Assembly (NCBI GenBank): GCA_950097015.1
Contig: CATNEN010000038.1
Coordinates: 14,818,001-14,882,000, forward strand
Reading direction: 5' to 3'
DNA length: 64,000 bases
Origin: Macrostomum hystrix
Lineage: Eukaryota; Animalia; Platyhelminthes
Shown: positions 1 to 14,297 of the stretch, piece by piece
How positions within the stretch are numbered: the stretch's first letter is position 1
Layout of the letters: each line of letters opens with the position of its first letter
Position numbers and translations under genes: made by a program
The notes under the pieces: model-generated
The model's input: the letters and a program-made list of their open reading frames with translations, nothing else
What the model was told of the DNA's origin: nothing
The model's database searches: none

Positions 1-236
1 GGAGAGAAGAGGCAGGGGAGAGATGAGGCAGGGAATAGATGAAGCAGGGGAGAGATGAGGCAGGGAATAGATGAAGCAGGGGAGAGATGAGGCAGAGGAG
101 AGATGAGGCAGGGGAGAGAAGAGGCAGGGGAGAGAAGAGGCAGGGGAGAGAAGAGGCAGGGGAGAGATGAGGCAGGGGAGAGATGATACAGGGGGGAGAT
201 AATACAGGGGGGAGATGATACAGGGGGAGATTAGAC
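1..236. repeat. ~19-bp AG-rich minisatellite (gagatgaggcaggggaga), truncated by the window start
   Basis: Tandem units visible; same family as the arrays at 22250-22675 and 56740-57400. Confidence 0.9.
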
Positions 237-398
237 TTAGAGGAAAGATAAATTGGATCAGGGTCTGGGTCTATTAGGATCTAGATTTTGAAAACTCGGG
301 TTGTGATGTCTAGATTAAGATACATTAAGATAAAAAACGTCAAAGAAAGGATTTAAACAGCTAAATTGCCATTCGGGGTAGGTCTAAAATAGAACAGC

Positions 399-776
399 TC
401 ATGATGAGACAGCATTGTGACCGATGTGAAGCTGCGGCGCCACAGCAAGACCCTGGGCTGGCAGAGCCTGTGGCAGTTGCTGCTGCTGCTGCTGCTGCTG
501 GTGTTGCTGCTGAACAAGATGATGATGATGATTGTGCTGCGGCTGGTGCTGCATGGGCCCAATCGGAGCAAGGCTGACCTGAATTGGCTGGCCGGGATGG
601 TGGGCAAACCCGGGATGGTGCTGCATGTGATGCTGCTGCTGCTGTTGCTGCTGCTGAAGCTGCTGATGCTGCGGCGGGCGCTGCTGCTGATGATGCTGAA
701 TAAACTGCTGCAGTTGCGGACCCTGGATTAGGTGAACAATTTGAGTTGGGCGCATTGCAGTCTGCTGGTGTTGTTG

Positions 777-812
<36 letters not shown>

Positions 813-2095
813 ATGGTGATGCTGCTGCTGCTGGAAAAAATGATCCAGCGAGGCCCGCTGATCCAGAGCGATGAAGTGTGGCTGGCGCAGCTGATGGTGC
901 TGCTGCTGCTGCTGCTGGTGCTGCTGCTGCAGCAGGGCATGCATCTCATTTGGCGGCTTCTGCTGAATGGTGAATGGCACGCCGAAGTTAACAGCGCCGT
1001 GCTGGGTAACAACAACGCGAGAGAGGCCGACACTCTGCGGCGCCGTCTGCGCCACCTGCGGTTGCTGCTGAGGTGGCGGAGGCGGCGGTGGCAGAGGCGG
1101 CGGTTGCGGCTGTGGCTGCTGCTGCTGCTGCTGCTGCTGAGGCGGCAATGGCTGCAAAGGCTGTTGTACCTGTTGCACTTGTTGCTGCAGCTTGACCGGA
1201 TCAACCTGGATTTTGGCAGAATTAGGTGGGTAAGAAATTTGGATGGGTGTGGCGGCATTACACCCTGACAAGTCCACGAACTAAATGAGTTGTGCACAGC
1301 TATTGAATGCACCTGACAAGTCCCCTGACAAGTCCACGGACTAAATGAGTTGTACACAGCTATTGAATGCACATGAAAAGTCCCTTGACAAGTCCACGGA
1401 CTAAATGAGTTGTGCACAGCTATTGAATGCACCTGACAAGTCCCTTGACAAGTCCACGGACTAAATGAGTTGTGCACAGCTATTGAATGCACCGCGCAAT
1501 AGCTGGTAAAAAGTTTCCGGATTGAGCATGATAATAACGACAAAAAATCCAAATCGCTCACCGTTTTACCCTTGCTGCGCATGTAGTCACCGAGAATCTT
1601 CTCCATCTGGGAGGGCTGCTGCTGCTGCTGTTGCTGCTGCTGTTGCAACAGTTTGGCAGCCTGCAGGCTGCCGCGTGGACGCAGCAGCGGCACAGCGGCG
1701 GCTGCCATCGAGCTCGGCGTCATTGGCGCCGTCGATTCTCCGTCAGTGAACTCAAACGGACTAGCCGACACAGCCGAAGCCGCGGACGAAACTGAACCAG
1801 ACGAAGCCGTTGTCGCGCCGTTGGAGGAACCAGTCGACGCGTCGTTAGATTCGGTCACTAGTCCATCACCAACTGACTTGGCTGCTGCTGCGGCGGCTGA
1901 ATTAGCCTGCGGAGTTGGCTGGGGCCGCTTCCATTCGAGTTTGAGCACTCCGCCGCGGCTAATCTCTTCGAATAGTTGCATCATCATGCAGTCAGGGGGC
2001 CCGCCGGCGTCCCCATAGACCCTGTTTGGCGATTCTTCGTCGCTGTCGCTAAATGAGAACTCGGCTGGCTCGGAGGTGGCGGCTGCGGCTGACAT
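399..2095 (-). CDS. PAGR1-like protein with long poly-Q C-terminus; predicted join(2095..1562,1205..399)
   Basis: N-exon has FSDSDEE...LFEEISRGGVLKLEWKRP, FEFTD and MEKILGDYMR, resembling PAGR1 conserved blocks. Phase-0 donor ACG|GTGAGC (1561) and phase-0 acceptor ATCCAG|GTT (1206) join it in frame to the Q-rich ORF 399..1277. Confidence 0.55.
1260..1492. repeat. 60-bp intronic tandem repeat, ~4 copies
   Basis: gacaagtccacggactaaatgagttgtgcacagctattgaatgcacc... repeated with a 60-bp period. Confidence 0.9.
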
Positions 2096-2284
2096 TGTCC
2101 AACACCTGCTCTGCTGACACCTGGTTCAAAATTAAGGTTACAAATTCTAATAAATATTTCAAGAACGTTTTCTAAGAAGCACAGAGCAGATTTTAATATA
2201 GAATATTCTACTCAAGCTTCTAGAACGGTGATTTAAGCATCAGAATCTTTAAGCGAGGTCTGGAGTTCGAATATTTTCTAGTGC

Positions 2285-2395
2285 TTCAGTTCACCTCGGT
2301 TAATTACAGCATCGGAATCACGACTTAAAAGGTCGGGTGTTCGATTCCTAACTCCACAATAACAATTTGTGTCCTTTAGCACAACAAGTAACTCT
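2285..2395 (+). mobile_element. Degenerate fragment of tRNA-derived SINE family A
   Basis: cggaatcacgacttaaaaggtcgggtgttcgattcc...tttagca matches the SINE copy at 55950-56161. Confidence 0.55.
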
Positions 2396-3196
2396 ATTTC
2401 TATTAATGAATTCGTAACAGTTTAAATTTTATTAAAAACTTAGAATTGTAGTTAAATGACTAAATCCAACAGTTCAACTGGCTAATAAATAATAACTATT
2501 TGTTCGTTTATATTTCGTGACTGAACTTTTTGGTCGGCAAAAAAACCAATAGGATATTTTATAAATCTAGGACGACACAAGAAAAACAATCACGTTTCCT
2601 TCGTCAAAAAATTAATAGTTTTCTCTATTTTTTTATTGAACTAAAATACGCACCCTTTAAAGACATGGACAATGGTCCGTGAAAATATTAAAAAAACGGG
2701 TGCTACCATTATAAAGCGATTTTGCCAAATACAAAAAACTGAAATTTGCTAGAAAAAATGGTGCTCATTTAGCAGCACAATTATCAACATTGCCTACTGA
2801 CAATGACTAGTAATCAATTGTGATTAAAAAACACAGAAAAGCGGATATTTTTAGATTTATCAATAAAGCTAAAAATAGAACACACGATTCAACCAGCTGT
2901 TTTGAATAAACAAATATATCAAAGCGACACATTGCTGACTAAGTATGAAAATTAAATGAAAATTCGGCAGTTAATAATAGTAATATCAATATTAATACAA
3001 GAAATATAGTGTCATTAAACATAAAAATGAGTTGCGACTTCGATTTACAAAAAAGCAGTAACTGACGGCAGCAAAATCGTTATATTTAAAAACGAAAACT
3101 ATGTAAAAACACTTAATAAAAACACTTAAAACACTTCAAGTAATATCTAATAGTTATTATTGGCCTGTCACAATTTTTATTCTATCCTTACTCTAC

Positions 3197-3435
3197 GGAA
3201 TCTACGATTCTAGGAATCTACGATTCTAGGAATCTACGATTCTAGGAATCTACGATTCTAGGAATCTACGATTCTAGGAATCTACGATTCTAGGAATCTA
3301 CGATTCTAGGAATCTACGATTCTAGGAATCTACGATTCTAGGAATCTACGATTCTAGGAATCTACGATTCTAGGAATCTACGATTCTAGGAATCTACGAT
3401 TCTAGGAATCTACGATTCTAGGAATCTACGATTCT
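3197..3435. repeat. 16-bp minisatellite (ggaatctacgattcta), ~14 copies
   Basis: Perfect tandem array. Confidence 0.95.
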
Positions 3436-3941
3436 GTTTTCGAAGTTATAACCTAGAAGTCATTTAATAACATTCTGCCAATAAGAATCAATTAATTTAA
3501 ACGGGTCATTACATACATTGCAGCTCACTAAAATTAATTGCACATATTCAACAGTTTTTTCCCTATTCGATACGTAATATGATGCGATCATAGTACAAGC
3601 AACAACGATGACACAAAATCTTTAGGGCTTAATCGTAGTACACAAACATACATACAAACACACAAAGGAGCAATAATAAGTAAAGGGCTTGGTTTATTAG
3701 CATTTTTAGTATTAGCTGACGTTATGTTAGACGGATAAATTAAGAAAAGCTGTTCTTATTTAAATAAATAAAAAATTACTAATGTTTTTTCAAAGCCTTA
3801 CTAGAATGAATGTTAATTACAAAATGTTTAATTGAATTTACAGTACTAAAACGTAATATTAAACCTAAGAATGACCCGGTTAAGGCCTAAGGGTAAAAAT
3901 AATCCAGCGCTGAAAAAATCTTCTTTTAGAAGTTAGCAGAT

Positions 3942-4154
3942 TCACAGCAGCACACAGGAGCGCTTGGGATTAAACGGATTCTCCTTGGCGGGATGAAGCA
4001 GATGGTCCTCATTGGCGTGATCCTTGATGTACTGCAAAATCTGTGGTATGGTCTCGGATGATTTCATTCGATTCATCTGGTACTCCCGGTTAGCAGAGTC
4101 TAAATCGCGCTCCAGCTTAGCAACATGCTCTTTGCGGTGCTCTGGGACTGGCAT
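3942..4154 (-). CDS. Heterotrimeric G-protein gamma subunit
   Basis: 70 aa; GGL pattern RMKSSE..ILQYI..HANEDHLL..ENPF and C-terminal CAAX box CVLL; acceptor tctgtctgcag 7 nt before ATG. Confidence 0.9.
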   Translation of the reverse strand: MPVPEHRKEHVAKLERDLDSANREYQMNRMKSSETIPQILQYIKDHANEDHLLHPAKENPFNPKRSCVLL

Positions 4155-6273
4155 TGCTCAGCTGCAGACAGAAAGACAAAAAATATTAGACTGGAGGCCA
4201 AATGTACTTTTACTTTTAATTAAACTAAGATCGTTGTTTTAAAAGCAATATAAATTTATGAATTCTAAATATGGTACACCAAACTAATTGGCACTTAAAA
4301 TTTCTGAGAACAATAAATAATATTAATATTAAGCCTATAAAACCTTAAGTAAATGATGAATAAACTGTTTGAACCTGACACTTATTTGCTTGTCAAGCAA
4401 CATTCAAGACAAAAATCAATGAGATGGTATTTATCAGAGCTTGACCAAAAATTTTTAGCCCATCTGAATTAGGTAACAGTTAAACATACTGGCAACAAGT
4501 TCTTAGACTATAGGCATTCTGAGCAAACACACAAAATTCTATAAAACTGAAAAAACAAGACCTAGGATCTAGATACTAATTAATTAGGAATCATCTCAAA
4601 CTTGTGCTTAGTAAAATTAAATATAAATAGCAATGCAACATTAGCCTTTTGTTTGAATAGTACAAAATGTAGTTTTTTCTGCAACTGGGTAGTCACGTAT
4701 TGGTGCACTTTAAGCATAAATTTAAATCTATGTGTATTTTGAAGTTTAGCAAAATTTATTGTCTATTAACCTTTCAAATAGGTAGGATTCAAATACAAAA
4801 GTGTCTCAAAGGAGATCCTGTCAAGAAAATTTTGATTTGGTTGCATGAAAATGTTTTGAATAACTTTTAAATCAGTTTCCTTATGGTAACAAGACACTGA
4901 TACACATAAACATTCACTCATTTCAACAGGGGCTTTAGGACTTAAATTAAAAATAATTAAAATGAAACAGAAAAGAGTAAATATGAAGAGCAGGTAGACC
5001 ACTTTTGTTTTGTTGACATTATAATATTAATATAATGTTATTAAATATTTTTACTCAGTTATAAACATTTACAGTTCTTATAAATAAATTAAAAAAATCA
5101 TATAGAACAAAAAATAATAAGTAAATTTGACTAATTTTAGTTTGCCTATGTTTAAAATAAATGTACAATTGTAAAGAAGCAAAATTTATTCTGCTAAGCT
5201 GATTACCTAAGAATTACTACTAATAGGCTTGTATAAATTATAAAGCTAATAGCTACCATCTACCCACCCACAGTGGATTTACTATAATAGCTACACAACC
5301 TTTACTACTACTAAGCTTTTGAACTCTTAATAACTCACCAAAATAACAAAATTGTAGAGCTAGTTTCCTAGGTTGAATAATACTTACCTTACCTTACCTT
5401 AAGCTTGTCAGTCTAATAACATAAACCTGGTGACTAAATCATATTTATAAGGCTAAGATCACCAATGGCTATAGTAACTAGAAGTTTGCAACTTAGTTTT
5501 ACAATAGGCCTATAAATATAACCTTGCTTGAGCTAATGGCCTAATGCTATTATTGGCATCATCAGATAGAGCATGGCTTGTAATGATTCATTGGGCCTTG
5601 AATTGCTACCAAAAAGCAAAAATCACACAAACAATGAATTTTCAAATATAATCTATGGACAGTACAACTCAATAATTAAATTTGTATATGATGATAGCCA
5701 TTCATTGCTGATATTGGTTTATTTATTTTGAATAGGCCTATAGTAAGAAATTTTATTTGGCAAATTTCTGAAATGGCTCTAGTTGGAACTTGGAACAAAG
5801 AGTAGAAACAAAGACACTTTTAAAAGCCTTAGTTTTGCATTAGATAACTGCTATACAAAATACAGATCTATATAGGCTACATAGCATAGGCCTAGTCTAA
5901 TAGATAAGTAAATGAAACTTTGAAAGGTCTGTTTGTGTTTACGCATAAGCTAATTAGTATATTTAAATTGAAGTAGCAAGCTAGGCTAGACCTAATTGTT
6001 CTCTCTAGGCCCATCTACCCTATTTCGAAATGCCAGAGCTAATATCCACCCATGCCTTGGGCTGGGCCCAGTAATGGACAATAAGAGAGGAAATGTGGTG
6101 ACCGCCTCTTGGTCTCGACTCTCATCCTTTAAGTCAAAGCTGTTGTGGGCTTGGTGGTGTGGCAATCTTGGTCTTGCTCAAATTATGTTAATTATTTAAA
6201 AATTAGCAAAAATCAATAGGGCCAGGGACTACTAAGCCTATTTGTATTAGCTAGTATAGGGCCTACTCTTTAT

Positions 6274-6751
6274 GGTCCCAGGTCATTTCGGTGACAAGAC
6301 ATTTCAGTGACAGTCATTTCGGTGACAGAATTGGTCAGTTCGGTGACAACTATTTTTGCACCTAAATATGCTAAGAAAACAGCCTTCCACGATCCAGCAG
6401 CTGCTTAAAGCCTGCACTCGCCTTGTCAATCCAAAACTTGAAAAATGTTTATTATACACATTTAATTAGGAACGAATAACTATTGAAACTATTGACTAGG
6501 GCCTACTCATTAAATAATTTAATAATTTAACTCATTTAAAGTAAAACCCAGACTTTAACATAGCGATGCAGCTTCTTATTAATACTTTTAGCATTATTTA
6601 ATTTAATTAATATTTTATATGTGTGCATAGTTAAAATGGAAGGCAGTTTTTTAGCATATTAAGGTGCAAAAATAGTTGTCACCAATCTGACCAATTGTGT
6701 CACCGAAATGACTGTCACCGAAATGTCTTGTCACCGAAATTACCTGGGACC
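6274..6751. mobile_element. MITE with ~115-bp TIRs and subterminal catttcggtgaca repeats (Merlin/MULE-like GG..CC ends)
   Basis: ggtcccaggtcatttcggtgac... / ...gtcaccgaaattacctgggacc; 8-bp TSD ctctttat at 6266-6273 and 6752-6759. Confidence 0.85.
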
Positions 6752-7135
6752 CTCTTTATTTAGGTTTAGGTTGTGGGTTGGCTGGCCTAATGCAAAAAAC
6801 TGTCTATTGTGCCTCACGAGTATATTTATTGCTGTAAAAAATAAATCTATGAAAAGGACTTTAGATTAAAAAGAAATGTTTATGACATGAGTTTTTTAGA
6901 ATTTAAATTATTATTTTTTTTTATCTTTTTATTTCTAACTTCTAGGTTAAATAATGTTACTAAGTGAATACGCGCTATTAAAAATTTAGTGCATTAGCAT
7001 GAAACACTACCAGCGTATAAGTCATTTTTACTGTATATTTTTTCTTTGTGATTTCTTATTATAATCATACATTAAACGAATGTGTTAAACGAAAGTTAAA
7101 TCCCCACATTTAGTGAAATGCACACAAGAGTCTAA

Positions 7136-10100
7136 CAAGGACCACTAGAAGAAGAAGGACGGGACACTTCGTTTCTTAGAAAATTTATTAAAGGCTGATT
7201 TTTACGGAAAAATACACTAGCGAGATAGGAACTTTTCACTTTTTTCACCTTAAAACGTTGATAACTTTTTATTGGAAGCAGATACAAAGCTCTTCTTTTG
7301 ATATAACTTACAAAATATGTTGCTTCGACGAATTTTATGAAGATTTTTTCATGAATAATTGATCTTCATATTATTTTAGTTACTATATCATGCAGCAATT
7401 ATAGTATGAAGCTAACTAGTGACTAACTTGAATTTTACAATCTCTGTTTAATCGGATGCATCTATTTATTAGCAAAATATGATTAAAAAATAGTTGGTTA
7501 TAATTGTATGCCCAATTCACTGCTTCTTTATTTTAGTTTTATCCTGTCAATATAAAATAAATTTAAATATATAGCTACCTATATTACATATAGACCTACT
7601 AGCTATGCCTAGACCTAGTTATATGTTTATCAATAATCAAGACCGTATCTATCTTGTTAAGAATTGACAGTTTTTATACTTAATGAAATGTATGAATCTA
7701 AGCAAGTGATTTAATTTTAAACCAAGCTTGTTCTCTCTTGTTTTTAGACTTTAGCTTATTTTAGCTATATTGACATTATCTTTACATTAGCTAGTTTTTC
7801 CAGTATTTATTAAACAATGATAGTTATTTGCTCTGATTTTATCGAGATGTTCTTATTTTTATTTTCTTTTAGGCTCTTGCCTCTATTTAATGAAAACAAT
7901 GGCATAATTGGCTAGGGGCCTGAAGGGTTTATTTTTTAAATTTGGCTTTCTTTTAAATCCCATCACAGAGCCCTCCAATTCCCATTTGTGTGCACCCCTA
8001 AATCCCTATTGGCGCCACCCAATAAAAAAAGCTTAATAACACCCCTGAATTAATGTAATTCTTTTATTAACAAGGATTTATTTACCTTTATTGAAATTGG
8101 TAAAGCTTTGTGCCATGCCTTGAACTCATTTTTCTGTTTAGAAAAGGAAAAAACTGTGGTCCTTTTATCCTTTGTGTCACAATTACTTTTTCATTGTGGT
8201 GCATGATTCCAGATGGCATGTGGCCTGGTCTGCCATTAATGCTCTGACAAGGCAAAAGTGGCGCATCCAACTGAATCTGGCAGGCGGCACTGTGGATAAG
8301 CACAGTAACAAGCTACGCGAGTTCTTTGCTGCCATAGTCAATGCGCTGCCACCACTGCCCAACATCCTGACACTGCCACCAGAGACTCAGTTGCAGTCAA
8401 AGGACAGTTTTAACATTGCACCATTCACCATGGCTGAAGTCGTGATGTTTGCCTAGAAGAAGCCAGGCAGCAAAGCGCTGTGTCCAGACAAGGTGTCCAT
8501 CAAGGTGCTGCATATTCACTGTGTGGCCAGTGAGGTTGCCTGTGTGATGAACCGAGTGGACCATGACGAACATCATTGCCATATCAAAGAAGCTGCCTGC
8601 TGGCCTATGCTGGTGCCCCAGACACTGCCGGCAATGCAGTGTTTGTTCACAACCAGGCTCTGAAGCATGCACTGTGACACTGCTTTTTTTACCTGACAGT
8701 GTATTTTGTTGTCGTTGTTGTTATTGTGGCACACAACACTGCATAGGCATCTTAACAATAAAAGACGATGAAAAATGAAAGGTTAGCACTACTTGAACAT
8801 ATTTTTGCACTAAGTCATAAGTAAAACATGTATACTATGAGCTCATATTCAAAGATATAAAAAGCTGCAACTACTTCCATTTATTGTTCTCCATTTGACA
8901 TCTCATGGCACATGCACTATTGAGAAAAGAAACTCATTTCAATACACAATAATCAGAAAAATGTAAAAGAAATCTCAAAATCAACTGAAGTAGAATAAAT
9001 GGATTTAAATTGTTCTTTATAACAAATGATTCTTCAAATTCAAGGCAATTTTCACAATTGAGACACAAAAATAGTATCTATATGATCTTAAATTATATAG
9101 ACATGAAGTAATATCTTTCTCTACATAATGTCTTTGTATGTCCATGAGGACAGTCAGAAGCTTACTACCTTGCAAGGGGCATCAATCACAATGTGATTAG
9201 ACTGACTGGATGGGGTTGTCTAGCTGGTGACTACAGCACTTGGTTGAAAATGCAGTAAACATGAACAAGGTCCTTAGGCTCCAGGCTAGGCTCTCAAATA
9301 GGTAGCCCAGAAGCTCCACCAGGTTGTTCTCTGACTGGCTGGGGCTCCACCACAGGTAGGTAGAACTGGGGCAGTGGTGTTGGCACAAAGCAGAAAGGCA
9401 TGGACTTTCCCTGCAATGGCAAAAAAGGTAAAAAAACACATACTAGAGCCACAATAGCAAGAACATTTTACAATTTCTTACTATAGTAAATACAATAAAT
9501 AATATTACCAAAAATATTTTAATATTACACACTAATACATAGCAGAATTAGTCTAGGCCTACTACTGAATGAGAGCCAGATAGCTTACCTGGGCCATATC
9601 AACCTTGAAGATCTTAATAGGCATAACAATAATAGCAAAAGCTCTGAGTACTAGTGTCAGTGCAAGAAAAACTTTATTATAGCTAAAATGTGATAAGGAA
9701 CAAGTAACACTTTTTGTTTTATCTTCTTTAATTAAATGTTTCAATGTTGAAAATTTAAAGCTTACAAACATAGACTGTGGAAGTGCTATTACTTATATTT
9801 ATTGGCAATAATATTGCCCCAATAGACAAAAAATACAACAGGCCTACTTACAACTTCTGGACTGTTAATTTCAATTGGAAATAAAAGTGATTAATTTAAT
9901 GAAAATCAAATTCATCAAAACAGCCAAGTCAAGTTAATATTAGCCATAAAAATACTATACTTGTTAAAAAAGAAGAAATGTAAAATTATAGTAGATAGGC
10001 AAATAGATGGCTAAAATATAATATTGGATAAGTTCATGACATAATAGCTAGCCATGTGCAAACCCTGAACCCAAAAAATAATATGAATAGGAAATAAACA

Positions 10101-10883
10101 ATTTCACTACAAATTAAAAAACCCTTCAGTTAATGATGCCATTGTTTACATTAAATAATAGAAAATAAAAATACATAGCATAGCATGTAAAGATAATGTC
10201 AATATAGCTAAAATAAGCAAAAGTCTAAAAACAAGAGAGAACAAGCTTGGTTTAAAATTAAATCATTTGCTTAGATTCATACATTTCATTAAGTATAAAA
10301 ACTGTCAATTCTTAACAAGATAGATACTGTCTTGATTATTGATAAACATATAACTAGGTCTAGGCATAGCTAGTAGGCCTATATGTAATATTGTAATATA
10401 ATAATATAAATATGTAGGGGGCCTAATAATAGGCCTATAGGTAGCTATATATTTAAATTTTTTTAATATAGAAAGTATCAAACTAAAATAAAGAAGCAGT
10501 GACTTGGGCATACAATTATAACCAACTATTTTTTAATCATATATTGCTAATAAATAGATGCATTCGATTAAACAGAGATTGTAAAATTCAAGTTAGTCAC
10601 TAGTTAGCTTCATACTATAATTGCTGCATGATATAGTAACTAAAATAATATGAAGATCAATTATTCATGAAAAAATCTTCATAAAATTCGTGGAAGCAAC
10701 ATATTTTGTAAGTTATATCAAAAGAAGAGCTTTGTATCTGCTTCCAATAAAAAGTTATCAACGATTTAAGTTGAAAAAAGTGAAAAGTTCCTATCTCGCT
10801 AGTGTATTTTTCCGTAAAAATCAGCCTTTAATAAATTTTCTAAGAAACGAAGTGTCCCGTCCTTCTTCTTCTAGTGGTCCTTG
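7136..10883. mobile_element. Non-autonomous long-TIR DNA transposon (P-superfamily-like CAAGG..CCTTG ends), 3748 bp
   Basis: ~650-bp inverted repeats 7136-~7786 / ~10185-10883; perfect 8-bp TSD gagtctaa at 7128-7135 and 10884-10891; no transposase ORF. Confidence 0.85.
8195..8600 (+). pseudogene. Decayed LINE ORF2 fragment (linker preceding RT) inside the long-TIR element
   Basis: AWSAINALT...FFAAIVN...FNIAPFTMAEV..*KKPGSKALCPDKVSIKVL...WTMTNIIAISKK matches the LINE FT..EV/KA.GPD/W..IIPIPKK pattern; stops present. Confidence 0.65.
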
Positions 10884-12081
10884 GAGTCTAAGTGGTACTC
10901 TTAGAAAATCTACTAAGAAAATGATATGTTTAAAATAGCGTCAAATTTCTTTTTCCGTTATTAACGAGCTATAATTTTGCGTTCCTATCAGTACAATATG
11001 TGGAGTGGTCTTGACATCTTTATGATAGGTTTAATAATTGACAAGCAGCCGTAAGCTTAAATGTCTACATTTACTTTCTAGAGTTCCTAAGTTTCCAGAA
11101 AAGATTGCCAGATGACTGCAAGTTCAGGCTAAGACGTGACGTTTCATAGTGGTCTTTATGGCACTGTTGGCCACACTTGACTGAATAGAAAACTGAACTG
11201 ACTGAACACCAAATTTTTTCGATTATTACCTTCATTAAAACGTTCTGTACCTTTTACGTTAGTAATATTGGTTAACTATTTTAGTATATTGACATTTTTT
11301 ATCAATAAGTTGATTTTCTGTGTCTTACATGTGTCGCTTCGCAGATTTCATTTGATGCAGCAATTAATGTATGATCAGGCGCCATACTAACTAAGGAAAG
11401 AACACTTTAAAATTTAAATCCATGTGCATCAATCCTGTGCCTGTACGAGTAAAAATTTCAGGTAGAAACTCACGCTCTTAGATTCACTTAGAGAGAATGC
11501 ATATCACTTTTATTTAAAGAAAACAGATTCATAGAATGGTTTAAGTAATCTTTAGGATCTATGTTGTTAAACACGTATACTAGAGATCAAAAGTGCCTTC
11601 TAAAGAGCTTACATAGCTCAGGCGCTGAATAGTAATGTTTCGCTGTATATTGCATATATAAAAATTGCAAAAGTAGAAAATTCGGAAACAATGGAGAAAC
11701 ATATTTAAGCAAGTCCTGTACTCTCGAGGAAAAAAATTAAACGTGAATTCCAAAAAATGAATTCCAATCATAACAAGATTGCATATTCTGTTCCGATAAT
11801 GTACGAGGTTCGTAACTTTAGGCTTAAATCGAAAACAATTTTTTTATAAGAATACCATAGTTTGGCGATAATTAGGCGTACATAAAAATAAATAACGCTT
11901 TCAAGTCACTGGTCCATTCGTGTTTCTTAAGAAGACGTGACTATCGTAGAATATGGAAAATATCAAAACAAAAAATGTTGCACCGGAGCGCTTAAATAAT
12001 CAAGCATTCTTAAGAAAACCTGTCAATATGTGTTTACAAAAAGTACTAGCTAACTGGAAGCACTTTAGTTGCTAGGCTAAT

Positions 12082-14297
12082 TCAGGCATCGGCCTTTCCA
12101 CCCCGTTTAGCGAACCACTCGGCGCTCTTGTCGCCGGCCATGGCATCGTCCAGCAGGCTGTCAGCTTTGGCGTCAACCTGGGAGAGCTGGCGAAATGCTT
12201 CGTCGCCAACGAAGCAGATTTCGTGACCGTCTGGGTCGGCCAAAATGACCACCTTAGAGTTTTATAAAGGTTTCTTAATTAATTTCGACTTTGAAAGACA
12301 ATTGAACCGTCAACTAAGGGGGATAGGATAGGGATGGGAGATGGGATAGAGAACGGAGATGGGATAGAGAATGGAGATGGCATAGAGAATGGAGATAGGA
12401 GAGAGAATGGAGATAGGATAGAGAAGGGAGATTAAATAGAGAAGGGAAATTGGATATAGAAGGAGATGGGATAGAGATGGGATATGGGATAGACAAGGGA
12501 AACGGGATCGAGATGGGAAATGGATTAGAGAATGGAGATAAGATAGAGATGGGAGATGGGATAGAGAAGGGGGACGGGATAGAGAAAAGAGATTCAATAG
12601 CCTTGATTGGATGGGTCAAGGAGTTATGATAAATGAGCGTAACAAACTGCGACGCAAGATAATAAAAAACTTCAAAAGCGCACACCTGTACGGTAGCCTT
12701 GCCCGGAGTGTCCAGGCTGAGCAGTGGCGTGAGCACTCGCTGTCCGGCTCGCTCGCTGGCCGACTGAATGCCGGGCAGAGCGGAGGCCGGGCAGGCGAAG
12801 GCCACTCTGCCGTAGGCTTTGGCATGGTCAACGGATGGATTCGGACCGGCCAGCTGACGAAATTCGAGACGGCATTGACCGGCGCCAGGGCTCAGGACCA
12901 CCTTGGAGGAGTCCCTGGTTAAAGGGTGATTATTTTAGGCTGATGGCCTCGCAGAGTTTGATCCTAGATCTAGGAGAGCTTGATCATTAGGATCAAGAGA
13001 AGTTTGATCCTGGTGATCTAAGAGAGTTTAATCCTGAGGATCTACGAGAGTTTAACTCTGAGGATCTAAAGAGAGTTTAATCCTGAGGATCTAGGAGAGT
13101 TTAATCCTGAGGATCTAGGAGAGTTTAATCCTGAGGATCTAGGAGAGTTTAATCCTGAGGATCTAGGAGAGTTTAATCCTGAGGATCTAGGAGAGTTTAA
13201 TCCTGGGGATCTAGGAGAGTTTAATCCTCAGGATCTAGGAGATTTTAATCCTGAGGATCTAAGAGAGTTTAATCCTGGGGATTTTAATCCTGGGGATCTA
13301 GTAGAGTTTGATCCTGAGGATCTAGGAGACTTTAATCCTGAGGGTCTATGAGGGCTTAATCTAGGTGAGGAAGTAGAATTTCGTAGACAAGCGGAGTCAC
13401 CTCTCCAGAAGGCAGAAGCCGAGCAGGTCGCGCCAGTAGGCCACGGTGGTGTCCAAGTTGGAGCTGGCCAGGCGAACAGAGGCCACGCGCGGCAGCGGCT
13501 GCTGAACGCCGACAGTATCGGCGCTGGCCATCGTCAGCTCGAACCGGTGCCCGTCAGGCGATTCAACAACGACGCCGGCGCCGTCGGGCAGCTCGGCGAT
13601 CAACGGCCAGCCAGACTGGCGAGCCCGATCGATGTCTGCGCGACTGGCGCTGCGAAGGACGAGTCAGTGATGGACTAGATGGTCACATACGATTGGAAAA
13701 TGAGAATATACTTCTCTGCCAAATCAAATCCCTATATTAGGATCTGTGAATTAAACCCCAAAAAGGGTCTCTGAATCCATCTCAAAATGAGGATCCGTGG
13801 ATTGAATCTAAATATGAGGATCTTTGAATCTAACCAAAAATGAGGATTTGTGAATTTTATCCCCAAAATGAGGATCTGCGAATAAAATCCCAAAAAAGGA
13901 TTTGTGAAATCTAAAATTTTGATCTGCAAAACCACCTATCCCGGTGTAGATCAGTGAAAAAACCCTAAATAAAGGTTTTTCTAAAAAACGGTGTAAAAAA
14001 TCAAAGCAAAAAGCAGCAACAAGCTCACCAGACAACAATTCCGGCAAAATCGTTGCCGGCAGCGTACCGGCCAATGCCATAGTTGTAAGTGAGCTCAAGT
14101 ACAAAGTGCTCATCCTCTGGACCGTAGCCGACCATAGACTTACTCCAGCGGCCCTGGTAAGGCCCATTGCAGGCGGCAGCGCAGCCCTCCGTGAATTCCT
14201 CGTGGCGCAGGAAGCGCATGCCGAGGACGCCGCGATAAAACTCTGCGGTTCGAGCCCGGTCGCCAACTTTGAACACAAAGTGCAGAGCGCGAATCAT
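12082..14297 (-). CDS. GLOD4: Glyoxalase domain-containing protein 4 (~4 exons)
   Basis: [12 protein letters not shown]...[41 protein letters not shown]; middle exons VESPDGHRF and [28 protein letters not shown]; last exon [24 protein letters not shown] ending TGA at 12082. Confidence 0.93.
12320..12595. repeat. Degenerate ~18-bp purine-rich intronic minisatellite (ggatagagaatggagat)
   Basis: Visible periodicity in the last GLOD4 intron. Confidence 0.75.
12955..13345. repeat. 24-bp intronic minisatellite (ggatctaggagagtttaatcctga)
   Basis: Tandem units with 24-bp period. Confidence 0.9.

Noticed and set aside
417-1268. Poly-Leu ORFs on the plus strand
   Set aside because: Antisense shadows of the CAG-rich poly-Q exon
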